Positions 39,466 through 51,980 of a stretch of DNA of 64,000 nucleotides are shown here, in pieces (position 1 is the stretch's first letter; each line of letters begins with the position of its first letter). This DNA comes from Paraspadella gotoi (Eukaryota; Animalia; Chaetognatha), in the NCBI GenBank assembly GCA_051294375.1, contig CM119267.1, positions 9,263,709 through 9,327,708 on the forward strand, written 5' to 3'. The notes below the pieces were generated by a model. The model was not told the origin of the DNA. It ran no database searches and was given only the letters and a program-made list of their open reading frames with translations. The translations under genes and the position numbers were made by a program.

Positions 39466-41064
39466 ATGACTGACTCAAATAAAAACAATGAATTTTTGGA
39501 GAAGTCTGGTATCTATAAAACCGACAGCGAGGGTTCGGATAAAACAGCCGTTGCCCGTGACAATTCTAAAAGCGTTGGAGACTCGACCGATAACGAGAAA
39601 GAGACCGGAGGTTCTTTTGGTGGCATCGCCGAAATACTACGCGCTCTGCCTTCCCACACCATTCACCCTCCTCCGGAACGAATTGGAATAATCGACGAAG
39701 TCTGCCAACGGGTTTACCGAGACTTGGCTCCCTCCGAGGATCAAATCAGCGAGCGGCGGCGGTTCCTCGGGTACCTTCAGCAGATAGTGTGCTTGAAATT
39801 CCCCGATGCCTTACTGTATCTTTATGGGTCTTCGCTTAATGGATTCGAGTTTTCTTCTTCGGACCTCGACGTCTGTTTGATGCTACTGAGACGAAACCTT
39901 TGTCCAAGGATGGTCATCCAAGAACTTTGGCTCTTATTCCGGTCCCTACACCCAGATTTTTTCGACGTCCACTGTGTCCTTAATTGCAGAGTTCCCATTT
40001 TAAAGTTAAAGTATGGTCGTCCCGGCCGAAGTTGCGACGTTGATCTCTCTATAAACAATGTTTTGGCCGGCCGAAATTCCGTGATGCTTTCCGTCTATTC
40101 CTCTTTCGATTCTCGCCTCAAGCATCTCGGCTACACGCTCAAGTTTTTTTCCAAGATGTGCGGCATCGGCGACGCCTCCTCCGGCGGCCTTTCATCCTAC
40201 GCCCTAATCATCCTTCTCATTTATTTTCTGCAGCAAAAATCTGTCTTGCCGGTGCTGCAGGAGGTATCACCCCTCGACAAAGAAAGGCTTAAGGACCCAT
40301 CGCTTTGTGAAGACAAAGTTGACGGCTGGAACGCTTGGTTCTATCGAGAATCGAGGGAAGACCTTCTGTCGCTCTTTCCTGAAGTTTCCAACAACCACGA
40401 ATCCGCGGGCTCGCTACTCCTGGGGTTTTTTGACTTTTACCTTCAAGAATTTCGTTACGAGGACAACGTCATTTGCATCCGGCGTCGTAAGGTTTTGTCG
40501 AGAAAAGAGAGGAAGTGGACTCGTTCTTTCCTCGCTATCGAGGATCCTTTCGAACTTAATCACAATCTCGGGGCCTCCGCCAAAAAGGAGACGCTTTTGT
40601 ACACTTTCAAAGCTTGGAACAAAGCGCGCGAGGTTTTGGTGACTTCGGAAAATCAAGTTCCTTTACGCTACTATTCGTTTGCGGATTTTTTCTTTGACCC
40701 CAACCACTACGTGCGTTGCTCGCATTGTAAAGAGTTGGGTCACGCTCATGGACTATGTAAGAAAACCCTGGGGCCGGGATGTGCGGTCAAGAATTCCCAC
40801 GAACGAGAAAGAAGCGTGGAAGATCAAGATTTCATCGCACCTGACCTCGGGGTAGATTCCGTGATTGGCGGTGATAACTTAGATGGGAGAGAACAGGACG
40901 TAGTCGACCAACTTTCTTCATCGTTTCATTCCAAATTTAATTTCGAATCGAATCCTAGTTCGACGAAAAATGACTCGGTTCCCCCGAAAATAAGAAACGG
41001 ATTTTCTTTAGGTTCTAGTAGTAAAGAATTTCCACCTTTGTTAAAAAAAAGCGAAGAAACTTAG
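39466..41064 (+). CDS. Terminal uridylyltransferase (TUT4/7 catalytic-module-like), single exon
   Basis: YGSSLNGF...SDLDVC, VDLSINN, GGLSSYA, IEDPFELNHNLG, zinc knuckle CSHCKELGHAHGLC. Confidence 0.85.
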   Translation: MTDSNKNNEFLEKSGIYKTDSEGSDKTAVARDNSKSVGDSTDNEKETGGSFGGIAEILRALPSHTIHPPPERIGIIDEVCQRVYRDLAPSEDQISERRRFLGYLQQIVCLKFPDALLYLYGSSLNGFEFSSSDLDVCLMLLRRNLCPRMVIQELWLLFRSLHPDFFDVHCVLNCRVPILKLKYGRPGRSCDVDLSINNVLAGRNSVMLSVYSSFDSRLKHLGYTLKFFSKMCGIGDASSGGLSSYALIILLIYFLQQKSVLPVLQEVSPLDKERLKDPSLCEDKVDGWNAWFYRESREDLLSLFPEVSNNHESAGSLLLGFFDFYLQEFRYEDNVICIRRRKVLSRKERKWTRSFLAIEDPFELNHNLGASAKKETLLYTFKAWNKAREVLVTSENQVPLRYYSFADFFFDPNHYVRCSHCKELGHAHGLCKKTLGPGCAVKNSHERERSVEDQDFIAPDLGVDSVIGGDNLDGREQDVVDQLSSSFHSKFNFESNPSSTKNDSVPPKIRNGFSLGSSSKEFPPLLKKSEET

Positions 41065-41915
41065 TTGAAGTTCCACTATTATTTAAATTAAGAACCCGAC
41101 GAAAAAAAATTTCGAACAACTTTTTAGGCTTTAATTTATTGCATATTTGCGTTATTTGCATATTTTTGGAAAAAGCGTTTTCGAATAAAAAAGGTCAAAT
41201 TTACTATTTTTTTTTCTTTCCGATTTTAAAGCCTTAAAAATTGTCCGGATGTTGCGGCTTCTTATTATTACATAAAACGCCATGCCTTTTTTGGAGAATG
41301 AACCCGTTTTTTTGTTTTTTTTCATCACAAGATGAAATTTGATCAGTGATTATTTGTTGCCAATACATACATTTTGTAAGAAGTTATAAATTATTCAGTC
41401 AGGTCGACTTCATCTCCTTCCTGGCCCTTATTAGATAAAAAGCTAATTTTTTATTATAGAAAAAGTTATTGACACGTAGAGAATAATTTTATTAAACAAT
41501 TATTTTGTTGCATTAGAAACTGTTTACAAATTACGTTTAGTTTCTGTTATTGTAGAGACATTGCATGCACTTTGCACAGCGAGTATATGATAATTTAAGT
41601 ATTTGACTGCATATTAAGTGATTATTTTTAATTTGGCCAAAATTTCAATCCGTGAAGAGAAATATTTTTAAAAGGCAGTTTTGACAGTAAATGACTTCAA
41701 ACAGAAGTATATGTCTGTCTCTCTCTCTCCCCCCCTCTCTCCCTCTCTCCCTCTCTCCCTTGAAGTCATTAATTAAATAAAAAAAAATATTCCTCCATTG
41801 AATTGAAATATACGCAAAATATGGATTTAAAAACATTGTGTTTAACATTGTTATTAGTTTCCATCGTTTTCTCCCTATTTTAAAATTACCCAACAACTTT
41901 TTTACAGAATTTATA

Positions 41916-42554
41916 ATGGGGGATGACTCTTCTCGCCACGGGTTTTGGGGATTAAGTGGCTTTGGGGCTCCATCCGACCTCAATGTTTCGCCCATGTCTC
42001 CAGGAGGAAGCCAGATTATTTCACCCTATCTTAACTTCGATCCCGCTGTGGTTGCACCCAGTCAGGACTCTTTCATCTTCCCCGAGGGTTTCGGAAGTCG
42101 ACAGCGTGGGCGTTTTGAACTCGCTTTCGCACAGATCGGCGGTTCCGTTCTGTGTGGCGGGGTCGTCGGTGGATCCGTCGGACTCGCCAAAGGCATTGCC
42201 GAAACTCGCCAGGGTGACTACCGCGTCGCCATGCGGCGATCGCAAATCCTTAACTACGTGACGAAGCGAAGCGCCGCCACGGCGCAGATGTTAGGCGTCG
42301 TGGCGCTGATGTACTCGGCTCTCGGCGTGCTCATTTCCAAATGCAGAGAGTCCGAGGATGATGGAATCAACACTGTCGCGGCCGCAACCATAACCGGCCT
42401 TCTCTACAAGTCAACGGCCGGGTGGAAGAAATGCCTGAGGGGCGGATTGGTTGGAGCCGCTCTTGGAGGAGTTTATGTGGGAATCACTTTCAGCAAAGAT
42501 TTCACCAACTACGTCGAAGATCATATGAACAATGTGAGGTTGAGGCGGTATTGA
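41916..42554 (+). CDS. TIMM23: Mitochondrial import translocase Tim23
   Basis: SPYLNFDP, RGRFELAFAQIG, LGVVALMYS, TITGLLYKST. Confidence 0.95.
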   Translation: MGDDSSRHGFWGLSGFGAPSDLNVSPMSPGGSQIISPYLNFDPAVVAPSQDSFIFPEGFGSRQRGRFELAFAQIGGSVLCGGVVGGSVGLAKGIAETRQGDYRVAMRRSQILNYVTKRSAATAQMLGVVALMYSALGVLISKCRESEDDGINTVAAATITGLLYKSTAGWKKCLRGGLVGAALGGVYVGITFSKDFTNYVEDHMNNVRLRRY

Positions 42555-42781
42555 GAAGGAAATCATCGGGTGTTGACTCTCAATATGTTTGGGACTTGTT
42601 TTCCTCCCTATTTTTTTTTTTTTTTTACATGGATAATTTGCAACAACGTAAATATTCATGTTTTTCTTAACTTAAATCTGTTTTTTAGGATTAAATCGCT
42701 GAAGACAAATCATCAAAAAAAAAGACAAATTTCGATTCATGTCAAAATAATCTTATTCATCGGAAAGAAATACTTAAAAAA

Positions 42782-44902
42782 ATGACAGGTGAAACATTAG
42801 GAGACAAAGAACCAGGCTCAAAATCTTGTACGAAAGACGCTATGAGCCAAATCCGGAAAAATCCCAAGATGAAAAACTCGATGCAACCACCTTCCAAAGC
42901 TGTCAAGCAGCGTAACAATCTTCATTTTCGCAACGAAAGAGGTCGCGGATCAGGGCGTCTCGTCGTCACTCGCCCCATTCGTCAAAACAGCGTGCACGCG
43001 ATCAGAAACGATTCGGGTTCTTGTAAACGTCGCCCGTCGGAGTCGGGTTCGATGCCCCTGCGGAAGCGTCATCGGGGCGTGGGTCAGCGAATAGCCATTG
43101 CCGGTGATCCAATGGTACTGCCGCACAAGTTCCACCTGGGCGGCAACATCAACGATCCTCTCAACCTCAACGAGCTTATCAACAGGCAGGGAAACATCAC
43201 CCCTCCTAGTGATAGCCCCATCCGGTCGCCGATCAAGGCCGACGCCCTTGTGCTCAGATTGCCCTCAAACCCTAAAGATCCTCTCAATCTGAACGTGCCT
43301 GACAAAGATATCACTGCCGACGAGATGCTGCTTCCTCTCGAAGAAGACATCAATGTTAAAGCCAAGGCCAAGAAGAAAGACAAATGGAAATCACGAAACC
43401 CAGTGGTGGCGGTATCCAACGGGGCAATTCCCAATTGCGAGGGAACAGTCGAAGTCACCGTTACTAAGAAACAGGACACCGAGGCCGAAACGGAAGTAAA
43501 AGTAGTCGAAGAGATCTGCGAAGTGGATCCTGGCAACTCGGAAACGCCTCTCATTCCGATCGTCCCTGCCAAGTTTAAAAAAGTCAAGCCGGCTCCTAAT
43601 CTAAACAAAATTGTTTCGCCGGCGATCCGACAGGGAAAATTGCCCCGCCTGGGAAGTCAGACTGGAAATCAGCACCATCCGCTAGGGAGAAAAAAAAGCG
43701 GAAAGATTTCTGCAAAATCGGAATCCCAAACTGGCGCCTCCGCTTCGGAGTCGGAGGTGGTTGATGCCGGTCAAGGCTACTCCAACCTTTCGACGAATAA
43801 GAAACGTCAGAAGCGGAAACGACGCCTCTCTTCAAAATCTAGCGCAACAAAATCCTCCGCGGACTCGGAAGAATTGCGACGATTGAATTTGGCGACCACG
43901 GATCCCACCGTCGCTTCTGCCCCTTCAATTTCTGTTAATAAAAATTTTAAAGAGGCTCGTAGCAAGACTGACAAAATGTGCGACCATGGGAACTACGACC
44001 GCTATTACGGGAAACGGAATCAAGAAGGAGTTTCCGATTCACGGCTGGACCTTTTAGAGTCGGAATGGTTTCGGGGAAAGGAGGTCCTGGACATAGGCTG
44101 CAACGTTGGGCATTTCACTTTGACGTTGGCGCGAGATTTCGGTCCCGAACGCATTACGGGTATCGACGTCGACGGCGAATTAATCGCTGCCTCTCGCAGA
44201 AACATCAGGCATTATTTGGTTGAACGGAGTAACAAACAGTCGGGCAAGTTTGGCAGCGCCTTCGCCAGACTTTATGGACCATTGGCGAGAGACTTCACCG
44301 AAACCAACGGAAATAACTCCAATATTGGTGAAATCATAAATCAACCGCGAGAAAATCCTGAGAACAAAGAGGTTTCGAAGGAGGTTTCGGAGAAAGTCAC
44401 AAACGAAGCAGCGAAACCGAAAAACTCATTAGAAATGCCTGCAGCTGAGATTCCGTCCTTCTCGAAGACATCTCCACCTCGGACTCTTTTCCCGAAAAAC
44501 GTTATTTTCAAGCAAACGGACTTTGTCCTCGAATCCGATGCCCTCCTCGAAACCGTGATGCCCGAGTATGACGTTGTCCTCGCCCTCTCAGTCTCCAAGT
44601 GGGTGCACCTCAACGGTGGAGACGATGCCATCAAACGTTTCTTCAAGCGCGTCTATCGCTCCTTGCGTCCGGGCGGAATGTTCATCCTCGAGGCGCAGCC
44701 CTGGCAATCGTACAAAAGACGAAAAAAACTGACGCCAAAAATATGGGATAACTTTCAAAAAATTCAATTCAAGCCGGACAGATTTCGCTCTTACCTGTTG
44801 TCGTCGGAAGTGGGGTTCGAATCCGTTCGCTATTTAGGAAATTGCAAGAACAAGAATAAAGGATTTCAAAGGAGCGTTGTTTTGTTCGTTAAAGGCTCTT
44901 GA
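42782..44902 (+). CDS. MEPCE: 7SK snRNA methylphosphate capping enzyme (Bin3)
   Basis: LGGNINDPLNL, GNYDRYYG, LDIGCNVGH, LSVSKWVHLNGGD, ILEAQPWQSY. Confidence 0.95.
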   Translation: MTGETLGDKEPGSKSCTKDAMSQIRKNPKMKNSMQPPSKAVKQRNNLHFRNERGRGSGRLVVTRPIRQNSVHAIRNDSGSCKRRPSESGSMPLRKRHRGVGQRIAIAGDPMVLPHKFHLGGNINDPLNLNELINRQGNITPPSDSPIRSPIKADALVLRLPSNPKDPLNLNVPDKDITADEMLLPLEEDINVKAKAKKKDKWKSRNPVVAVSNGAIPNCEGTVEVTVTKKQDTEAETEVKVVEEICEVDPGNSETPLIPIVPAKFKKVKPAPNLNKIVSPAIRQGKLPRLGSQTGNQHHPLGRKKSGKISAKSESQTGASASESEVVDAGQGYSNLSTNKKRQKRKRRLSSKSSATKSSADSEELRRLNLATTDPTVASAPSISVNKNFKEARSKTDKMCDHGNYDRYYGKRNQEGVSDSRLDLLESEWFRGKEVLDIGCNVGHFTLTLARDFGPERITGIDVDGELIAASRRNIRHYLVERSNKQSGKFGSAFARLYGPLARDFTETNGNNSNIGEIINQPRENPENKEVSKEVSEKVTNEAAKPKNSLEMPAAEIPSFSKTSPPRTLFPKNVIFKQTDFVLESDALLETVMPEYDVVLALSVSKWVHLNGGDDAIKRFFKRVYRSLRPGGMFILEAQPWQSYKRRKKLTPKIWDNFQKIQFKPDRFRSYLLSSEVGFESVRYLGNCKNKNKGFQRSVVLFVKGS

Positions 44903-45063
44903 TGTAGTAGCATCGCACGATCTTGCCTCTTGGCTTTTTATTAATATTATTATTTTAATTAATCTATTAGAGCTTTTAAAGCGACGCCATTAATTCCCTT
45001 GATTGTTACATTGCATTTCTTGTTGCTTTTTTTCCGAAAGGTACTGGACTTCTGGTAAAGAAG

Positions 45064-46942
45064 ATGTCGTGCTTGAAATATTCTCTGCGACCGATATCCA
45101 GATCCGTCGTCAAATATTCCGCGAGATTTATCTCCAATGAAATCGAAGAGAAACAAAAACTGCAGAAACGGCCTATGAGGTCTAATACAAATTCGACTTA
45201 TAAATTCATACTGGAGTTAAAGTATTGTAATTTTACCATGAAATAAAACCATTGCAGAAGAACCAATGTTACTCAACGGTTGTCAGCCATACTTTCAGCG
45301 GAATACCTTTCCGCAAACGTTCTGCCTGATCAAAGGCAGGCGATTGAGAAATTATTACCACCGTCATCAAATAAAGCACCGGGTCAAGAAAATGAAAACT
45401 TAATATCCAATGGTAAATCATTTTTTTAATTTTTTTTTTTTTTTTTTGTGAATGGCTTCCAGCTTACTTATTCAATTTGAAGGCCAGTCGGTCGACTTCA
45501 CTTTTTTGGCGGTTAATTACATAAAATATTATTTCATCAGTTTAGTTTAAAATTTATTGTTTTTAAGTGTTCTTACCTCAGTGTATATATTCCCCCTCCA
45601 TCTGTTTTTGCTTACATTAAGTCAAAATTAGTAGTTAGAATTAAATAAGCTAGACCATTAGCTGAATGATTATATGAAATTGTGACCATGTCAAACTTTT
45701 TTAATATCTGATTTTTTTTTTAGTTCTGGTTGATAACCGGTCGACATTTTCTCGTGGATCAATCATCTCCGTGACAGAAATCATAGCCGGTCGTCGCCAA
45801 GAAAATCATTTGAAATTAGAACCCGGAGCGAAGGAGGTATTCTCATCCGAAACCATTCCTCACGAACGTTTCATTGAGCTCAGAGATGGCGACGTCCTGA
45901 AGATAGGAGATACGTTACTTTTAGCTTCTCAAGTAAACCTCGATGATTTTTTGACGTGGCGAATGAAGCCCGCAATCCTTTATCTGCGCGACAAATTAGC
46001 GAGGAGAATCTCCGAGGGGGAGATCTCCATGTTGCATCCGCTCCTTACTGTCGAACTCGCTCTCATTCTCGAAATAACGGTGCTTTTTAAAGAGAAGTTT
46101 TTATATTGAAGGTTTTCCTAGTTGACGGAACCGATTTTCGTTTAGGCTGGAAGCCATGTCTTGGAAGTTGGAACGGGGATGGGCGGTTCGACAATTAAGC
46201 TGTCTGAAATCGTGGGACCTCAAGGCTTTATTCGATCGTTGGAACGCTGCTCCCAAACGGCGGATATCGCAAGAACCAACGTCGCTATGTGGCGGGAAAG
46301 AAGAGGTGAAGGAAAATGTGATCCGGACAACGCCAGCGTCATCACCGGTGACGCCGACGACCCCTTCTGTTTAAAGACGGCAACTGATTCGAGCGACGGT
46401 TGCTTCGACGCTGTCTTGATCGACATCATTGAACCGGAAAAAATCATTCCCCACGTCTTTCAGTTCTTGAAACAAGGTTGCAATTTCAAATTCATGCATC
46501 TGCGGAACTGATTTTTTTAAAAGCTTGTAGCTTTTTTATTTCATAACGAGGTGGTTGCCTTGGATTTACGACGAGTAATTTAAGCGTCGTCGAAATCGTT
46601 ACAAAACTAGTTCACGAGAAACGAATTCCCCTTTTCACGGAAATGGTCGTCACGAAAAGTGACAGTAGATGGAAAATATCTGGTAAGTATCTCCCATGAG
46701 AATGGCCAGGAATTTTGTAGTAGTGAAAACTGTTTCGATCTTCAGACGAAAACTGTCGCTTGCAAAATCGAAGAATTAACCGTTTCCCATTTCGGGCGGA
46801 TCCAACGTGGATTGTCAAAATGCGGAAAACAGAGTCTTTCCAATTTGTCGAAGAAGCTGTGATTGGCGCCAGTTACTTCGAATGGACAGGAAACTCAGCC
46901 GGAGAACATGTTCCTAAATGGAAGAAAAAAATTAATTTATGA
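45064..46942 (+). CDS. TRMT61/GCD14-like tRNA m1A methyltransferase paralog 1, ~5-6 exons
   Basis: HVLEVGTGMGG...IVGPQG, FDAVLIDIIEP, LKQGG; Arg/Ser-rich N-terminus. Confidence 0.75.
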
Positions 46943-47122
46943 CCTAAGATTCTATAGTATTTACTACGTATTTAGTTTGTAAATTAAATTCATATTATTA
47001 ATTAATTAATAATATGAATAATATTTATTAATAATCATCACGTTTTCCCTTTAAAATCTATTAAATTTTCTAAAATTGTTTTGTTTATTTTTATTTAAGA
47101 ACTTTCACTCGCTGCGACTAAA

Positions 47123-49627
47123 ATGCCGCCTACCATTCAAACCCTGTCTCGAAAAGAGGCCCCTCGAAAAGGAGCCTCTAACGAAAAGAGATCGGATCTC
47201 CTTTGTCGCATCAAATACTGTAACACTCTACCAGACATTCCGTTTGAACCAAAATTCATAACCTACCCGTTCGAGCAGACTCGCTTTATTCAATACAATG
47301 CCACGTCTTTGGAGCGCGCATACAAGCATGAACTTTTAACAGAGCACGATCTAGGCGTGACAATCGATCTCATAAATCCGGATACTTACCGCTTCGATCC
47401 CAATCTGCTCAACATTCATACCGAAGATGAAAAGATTTTGGAGGAGGAACTGCAAACGAATCCCAATGACTCTAAGCGATCGGCCAAGTAATTTTTTCGC
47501 TAGTTTTTATATCCTAATTTTGGTTTGTTTTTTTCTGTAAGGAAAAAGTAAGCAAACAAATAATTACGGGAAAAGTTTCAAAATTTTTTTATAAAGTAAA
47601 CTATTTTGGTTGAGGGAAGTTAAATCAATTAATTTTAATCGTTTTTATTAGGCACAATATGGGCGTGTCTTGGATGAGAAGATCAGAATATATCTCCGCC
47701 GAGTACAATCGTTTTATCCAATCGGCGGAAAAGGCCGAGTCACGCGTTGGTTACCAGCTCAAGAAGCTATATAAGGACGAAGAAACTTACAAGGATCGCG
47801 AATCGCAGATTTCCGCAATCGACAAAACCTTTGAGGATGCAAAGCGTCCTCTTGACAAGCACTTCAACAAGCCGGGCGTACACGCTGTCGAAGTCTTGCC
47901 TCTGTTCCCCGACTTTGACCTGTGGAAAAATCCCTGCGCGCAGGTCATCTTTGATTCGGACCCGTCGTCCAAACCAAAAACCCCGGGGCAACCTCAGTCA
48001 AGATCTTCGGCGCAGAACGAGGAGATGTCGCAGGCCATGATACGAGGTTTGATTTAGTCGATATGCCCGCTGACCCGGATACTTGTGGAATGTGGCCAGT
48101 TGGTCCCTTGTTATTTACTTCCCTCATTTTTCTAGGTATGGTGGATGAAGCCGGCGACCAATTTGTCGCCTATTTCCTTCCCACCGAGGAAACTATGGTA
48201 AAACGAGCAACCGATGCTGAGGCAATGATGGACTATACCGAAGAAGAAATCTACGATTACAAATTAGGTAAACGTAAACATAGTAAACATAATTATTTTT
48301 TTACTCATTTTATCGATATGTGGCTAATTTCGAAAGCCAATGCCTCAATTTTTCCGCTTTTTCATTTATACAACTCTCTTTCTAACACTTTTTCGGCCCC
48401 TCGCATTCGCTCAGCCCGCGAATACAATTGGAACGTGAAAAATAAGATGAGCAAAGGCTACGAAGAAAACTATTTTTTCGTTTTTCGCGACAACTCTGTC
48501 ACTTACAACGAGCTGGAGACAAGAGTTCAGCTCCGCAAACGCCGCGTCGCCGGCTACGGTCATCAGGTCTCGAATTCGCGCCTCCTAGTCAAGCACAGGC
48601 CCCTCAATGTGATGGAAGAGAAGACCCAGGCATTCCGGATGGGGCAACTTGACAACCTTCCCGAGGAGGACGAGGAAGAGGAGGAAGAAGCTCCCATGGC
48701 TCCCGAAGAAATGGACGGTTACGGCGAAGAGGATGATGAAAACGAAGAAAAGGTTTGAACTTTACGTATTTATGAATATTAAAAATGTTTATTTTATAAT
48801 TTCAAGATTTATTTATTTTTAGAATTATGATACGCGGTATTGGAATTGTTTTTCAGGAATGTGCAAAGAAGCAATCCGATGATGAAATTAAAGACGACGA
48901 CGACGACGATGATGATGATGATGATGAAGGCCCAAAGAGGAAAAAGCCCAAGATTGTGGATTCCGAATCCGAAGAGGAAAAAAAGATCGAGGTTGAGGCT
49001 GACAAAAGCAACGGTGGCCGTCGATCTCGTTCGCGCAGCCGTTCAGGTTCCCGTTCGGCTTCCGGCTCTCGGTCTCGTTCTGGATCTAGAAGCCGATCTG
49101 GTAGTGGAAGCCGAAGCGACAGCGAATCGCGGCCCGAATCAGTGGCTTCTAAAGGTTCAGGATCGCGTCCCGCCTCGCGCGTCTCCAAAAATTCAGGCTC
49201 GGATCGTTCGAGATCGGGCTCGCCCGCCTCGGCCAAATCGCGGTCGCCAAGCCCGGTTAGGAGTGGTAAAGCTGGCGAAGGTGATACTACGCCCTCGAGC
49301 CCCATTAAGAATGGAGCGACATCGTTGGGAAAGTCTCCAGTGTCATCTCCGGCTGCGTCTCCAACGGTATCTCCGAGAGGTTCGGCGATGGCGGTTTCTT
49401 CAGCATATTCAACGGCCCCTCCCAAAGGGTCTAGAGAAGGTTCACCAGCAAAATCACCTTCACCTCCCGGATCACCAACGAGAAGCCCTAGCGGATCTGA
49501 GGTCGGCGAAGGCGCCGGCTCGACTGCTGATAGTGGAGCCGAGAGTGAGAGCGACGCTGAGGCGAAAAAGGCAAAGAAAGCTGAAGAAGACATTTTTGGC
49601 ACTGACTCGGAAGACGAGAGTGACTGA
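47123..49627 (+). CDS. PAF1: RNA polymerase II-associated factor 1, multi-exon
   Basis: [46 protein letters not shown], acidic/Ser-rich tail. Confidence 0.96.
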
Positions 49628-49766
49628 TCATGCAAGCTATAAACAGCCTTGTGTGACGTTGTCAAAATTATATTTTTGAAAATGTTTGAAATAAATTGTT
49701 GTTTTGGTTCTTATTTTAGTAAAATGTAAAATATTCTTTCGCGCGAAATATAAAATTTGGAACGAA

Positions 49767-50412
49767 ATGACGGTCTTTAGTTCTCTGAGACATTTTATGA
49801 CCGGTGGCGGGCTTGGTGCGCGATCTTTGGCGCTTAAACTACGCCGAGCAACTGTGCGTCTTGGCGTGCGTCATGGTTCTGGCTCGGCTGCTCATCGTCA
49901 TATGGTCATCAGGGGAAGCGAATTCGATAAGAGGAGGCTTTTTGACGAGATTCACTACCAGGTTTGCCTCGTCGGCATTCCCTTCGTTCTCTTCATTGCT
50001 GCCGTCGACATTTTCATCGGTCCGGCCACGTTGACCGAAATCCCCGACTGTTACGAGCCTGAACACTGGGAGTATTACAAACATCCCATCGAAAGGCGAG
50101 AGGATAACTTGATTCATTATAAACGGGGCATGATTTTTAATGTTATTTTTATTTCGTTACAGATGGTATGCTAAATATATTCTTCACCCGGAGCCTGTAG
50201 CTTACGAGATTGAAATGTCCAGCCTTTATGAAGATGTGGTTTCTCGTGATTTGTCCGATTGGGAAAAGAAAGTCAGGCAACTGATGAGGGAGCGCCAAGA
50301 TTACAAGGGATATTACTTTATGTCTAACGATATGTTGGAGGATGAAATGTGTTTGGCGACGGCTTTGGATTTTGAGCGTCAAATTGGCAGGCATTTGATA
50401 AGTGACCCGTGA
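49767..50412 (+). CDS. NDUFB5: NADH dehydrogenase 1 beta subcomplex subunit 5, 2 exons
   Basis: [31 protein letters not shown]; GC-AG intron 50096-50162. Confidence 0.92.
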
Positions 50413-50650
50413 GCCAAATCCACTGACTGGACGTAAAAATTAATTGTACATCTGGTAATGTAGGTATATTGTAAGTTATTAACGACCGACTTTTTTCTAA
50501 CGATTTAAAAATTCTGCGATGTTTTTTGGTTTCTTAATTTGGAGTCAAAACTATTTTTTGGGTGATGTAACAACGACAATATTGCTATATTTTTGATCGG
50601 TAATTAATTCACACCCAATATGTTTGATGTCTTTAAAACAAAATTTTCTC

Positions 50651-51888
50651 ATGAAAGATAAAACGGTCATGTCATTTCTTGTGCGTCATTTGTGCCGACG
50701 GGAAAGGCAGATCAACCATTACTATAATTACATGCGACCCGTACATTCGATTGTTCGGACTTTGACGTTGGATTACGGCGTCGTCGGAGCTTTTCGTCGG
50801 CCTCCGCTCTCTCCTTCGTTTATTCAACTTCCAACTTGTGCAAGCAGCTTCTCTGCATCCGAATCCAGTTTGATTTTTGCTCCTCGTTCCTGCGCCAGTC
50901 TCGATACGGAAAATTTGAATTCGCTTTCGTCTCCTCACCGGTTCCTTATTCTGGAGTCTAAATTTTCCGAATTAAAAATTTGCAAACCCACCAAAGAGGT
51001 TTCGATCATAGCTCCGTCCTTGCCCCATTCCTCGTCACCTGTCGAAAGCCCGCTTGTCTCGATAGTCAAAATCACGGACGGTCCCGTGCAACGACCAAAC
51101 GTGCCGGTCGGCGATGAAAAGTCTCCGATAGTGATTAGAGAGGATCCGAAGGTCGATGTGGTTGAAAAGCTGGCTATCAGGATGATACAGATTCGAAGGG
51201 CGAAGATGAAAAAACACAAATTATTGAAATGGAGAAAAAAATTTAAGCATTCAATCCGTAAACGGATAGAGGCAGAAGAAAAGGCCGCCCAGAAAGCAAT
51301 GGACGACTCTCTATCGGGTGAGTGTTCGACAGATGTTTACGAATTCGGGTCACAACAAAACCCTTTTTTTAAAAGGGTAATTGAATTTTTAGATTAAAAG
51401 TCATCAATTTGTAATTTCAATGGGTTTTGTGACAATCCCATCATATTGATATTTACAATGTGAGTCATATAACTGCTAAAAATACGGTTATAGCGATATA
51501 TTTGAAAAAAAATGTACTTCAATTCTACCAGGCTGTAAAGATATTTTTTAGTCATACGTCATTAATCATTAATCAAATTGTAATATACATGTATTTTGTG
51601 TTAAATAAAAGAAAGCCAAATATTTTAATATTTTTTAAATTAATCATTAATGCCCTTTCTTCTATAACAGATATATATGGCGAGGCGCAGGCCTTCGATC
51701 CCGTCGTCAAAGTTCGTCGCAACATCGACGCGGCTAAACAAATGGGATACAACGTCAGCTTTTATCGGGAACTTCCTTTTGCTCAGTGGCTGGAATCGAA
51801 ACGTCAAGAGGACGAACAAAATAACATTGGTTTTGAAGTCAAAAGGAGATACGCGAAAGTGGCGCCTTGGTTTTATTCGAAGTTCTGA
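50651..51888 (+). CDS. AURKAIP1: Mitochondrial ribosomal protein mS38 (AURKAIP1/COX24 family), 2 exons
   Basis: IRMIQIRRAKMKKHKLLKWRKK basic motif; second exon EAQAFDP; start codon uncertain. Confidence 0.7.
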
Positions 51889-51980
51889 TGAGTCCTGACG
51901 TCTTTTCAAATGATGTTACCTTTGTTTTAGATATAACCTCTTTTTTGGGACAGTTGTTGGTGGTTGTCAAAACAAAAAAA

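Noticed and set aside
48840-49679. Long overlapping ORFs in another + frame and on the - strand over the PAF1 tail
   Set aside because: Expected shadow ORFs of a GC-rich, low-complexity Ser/Arg/Gly region; no recognisable domain.
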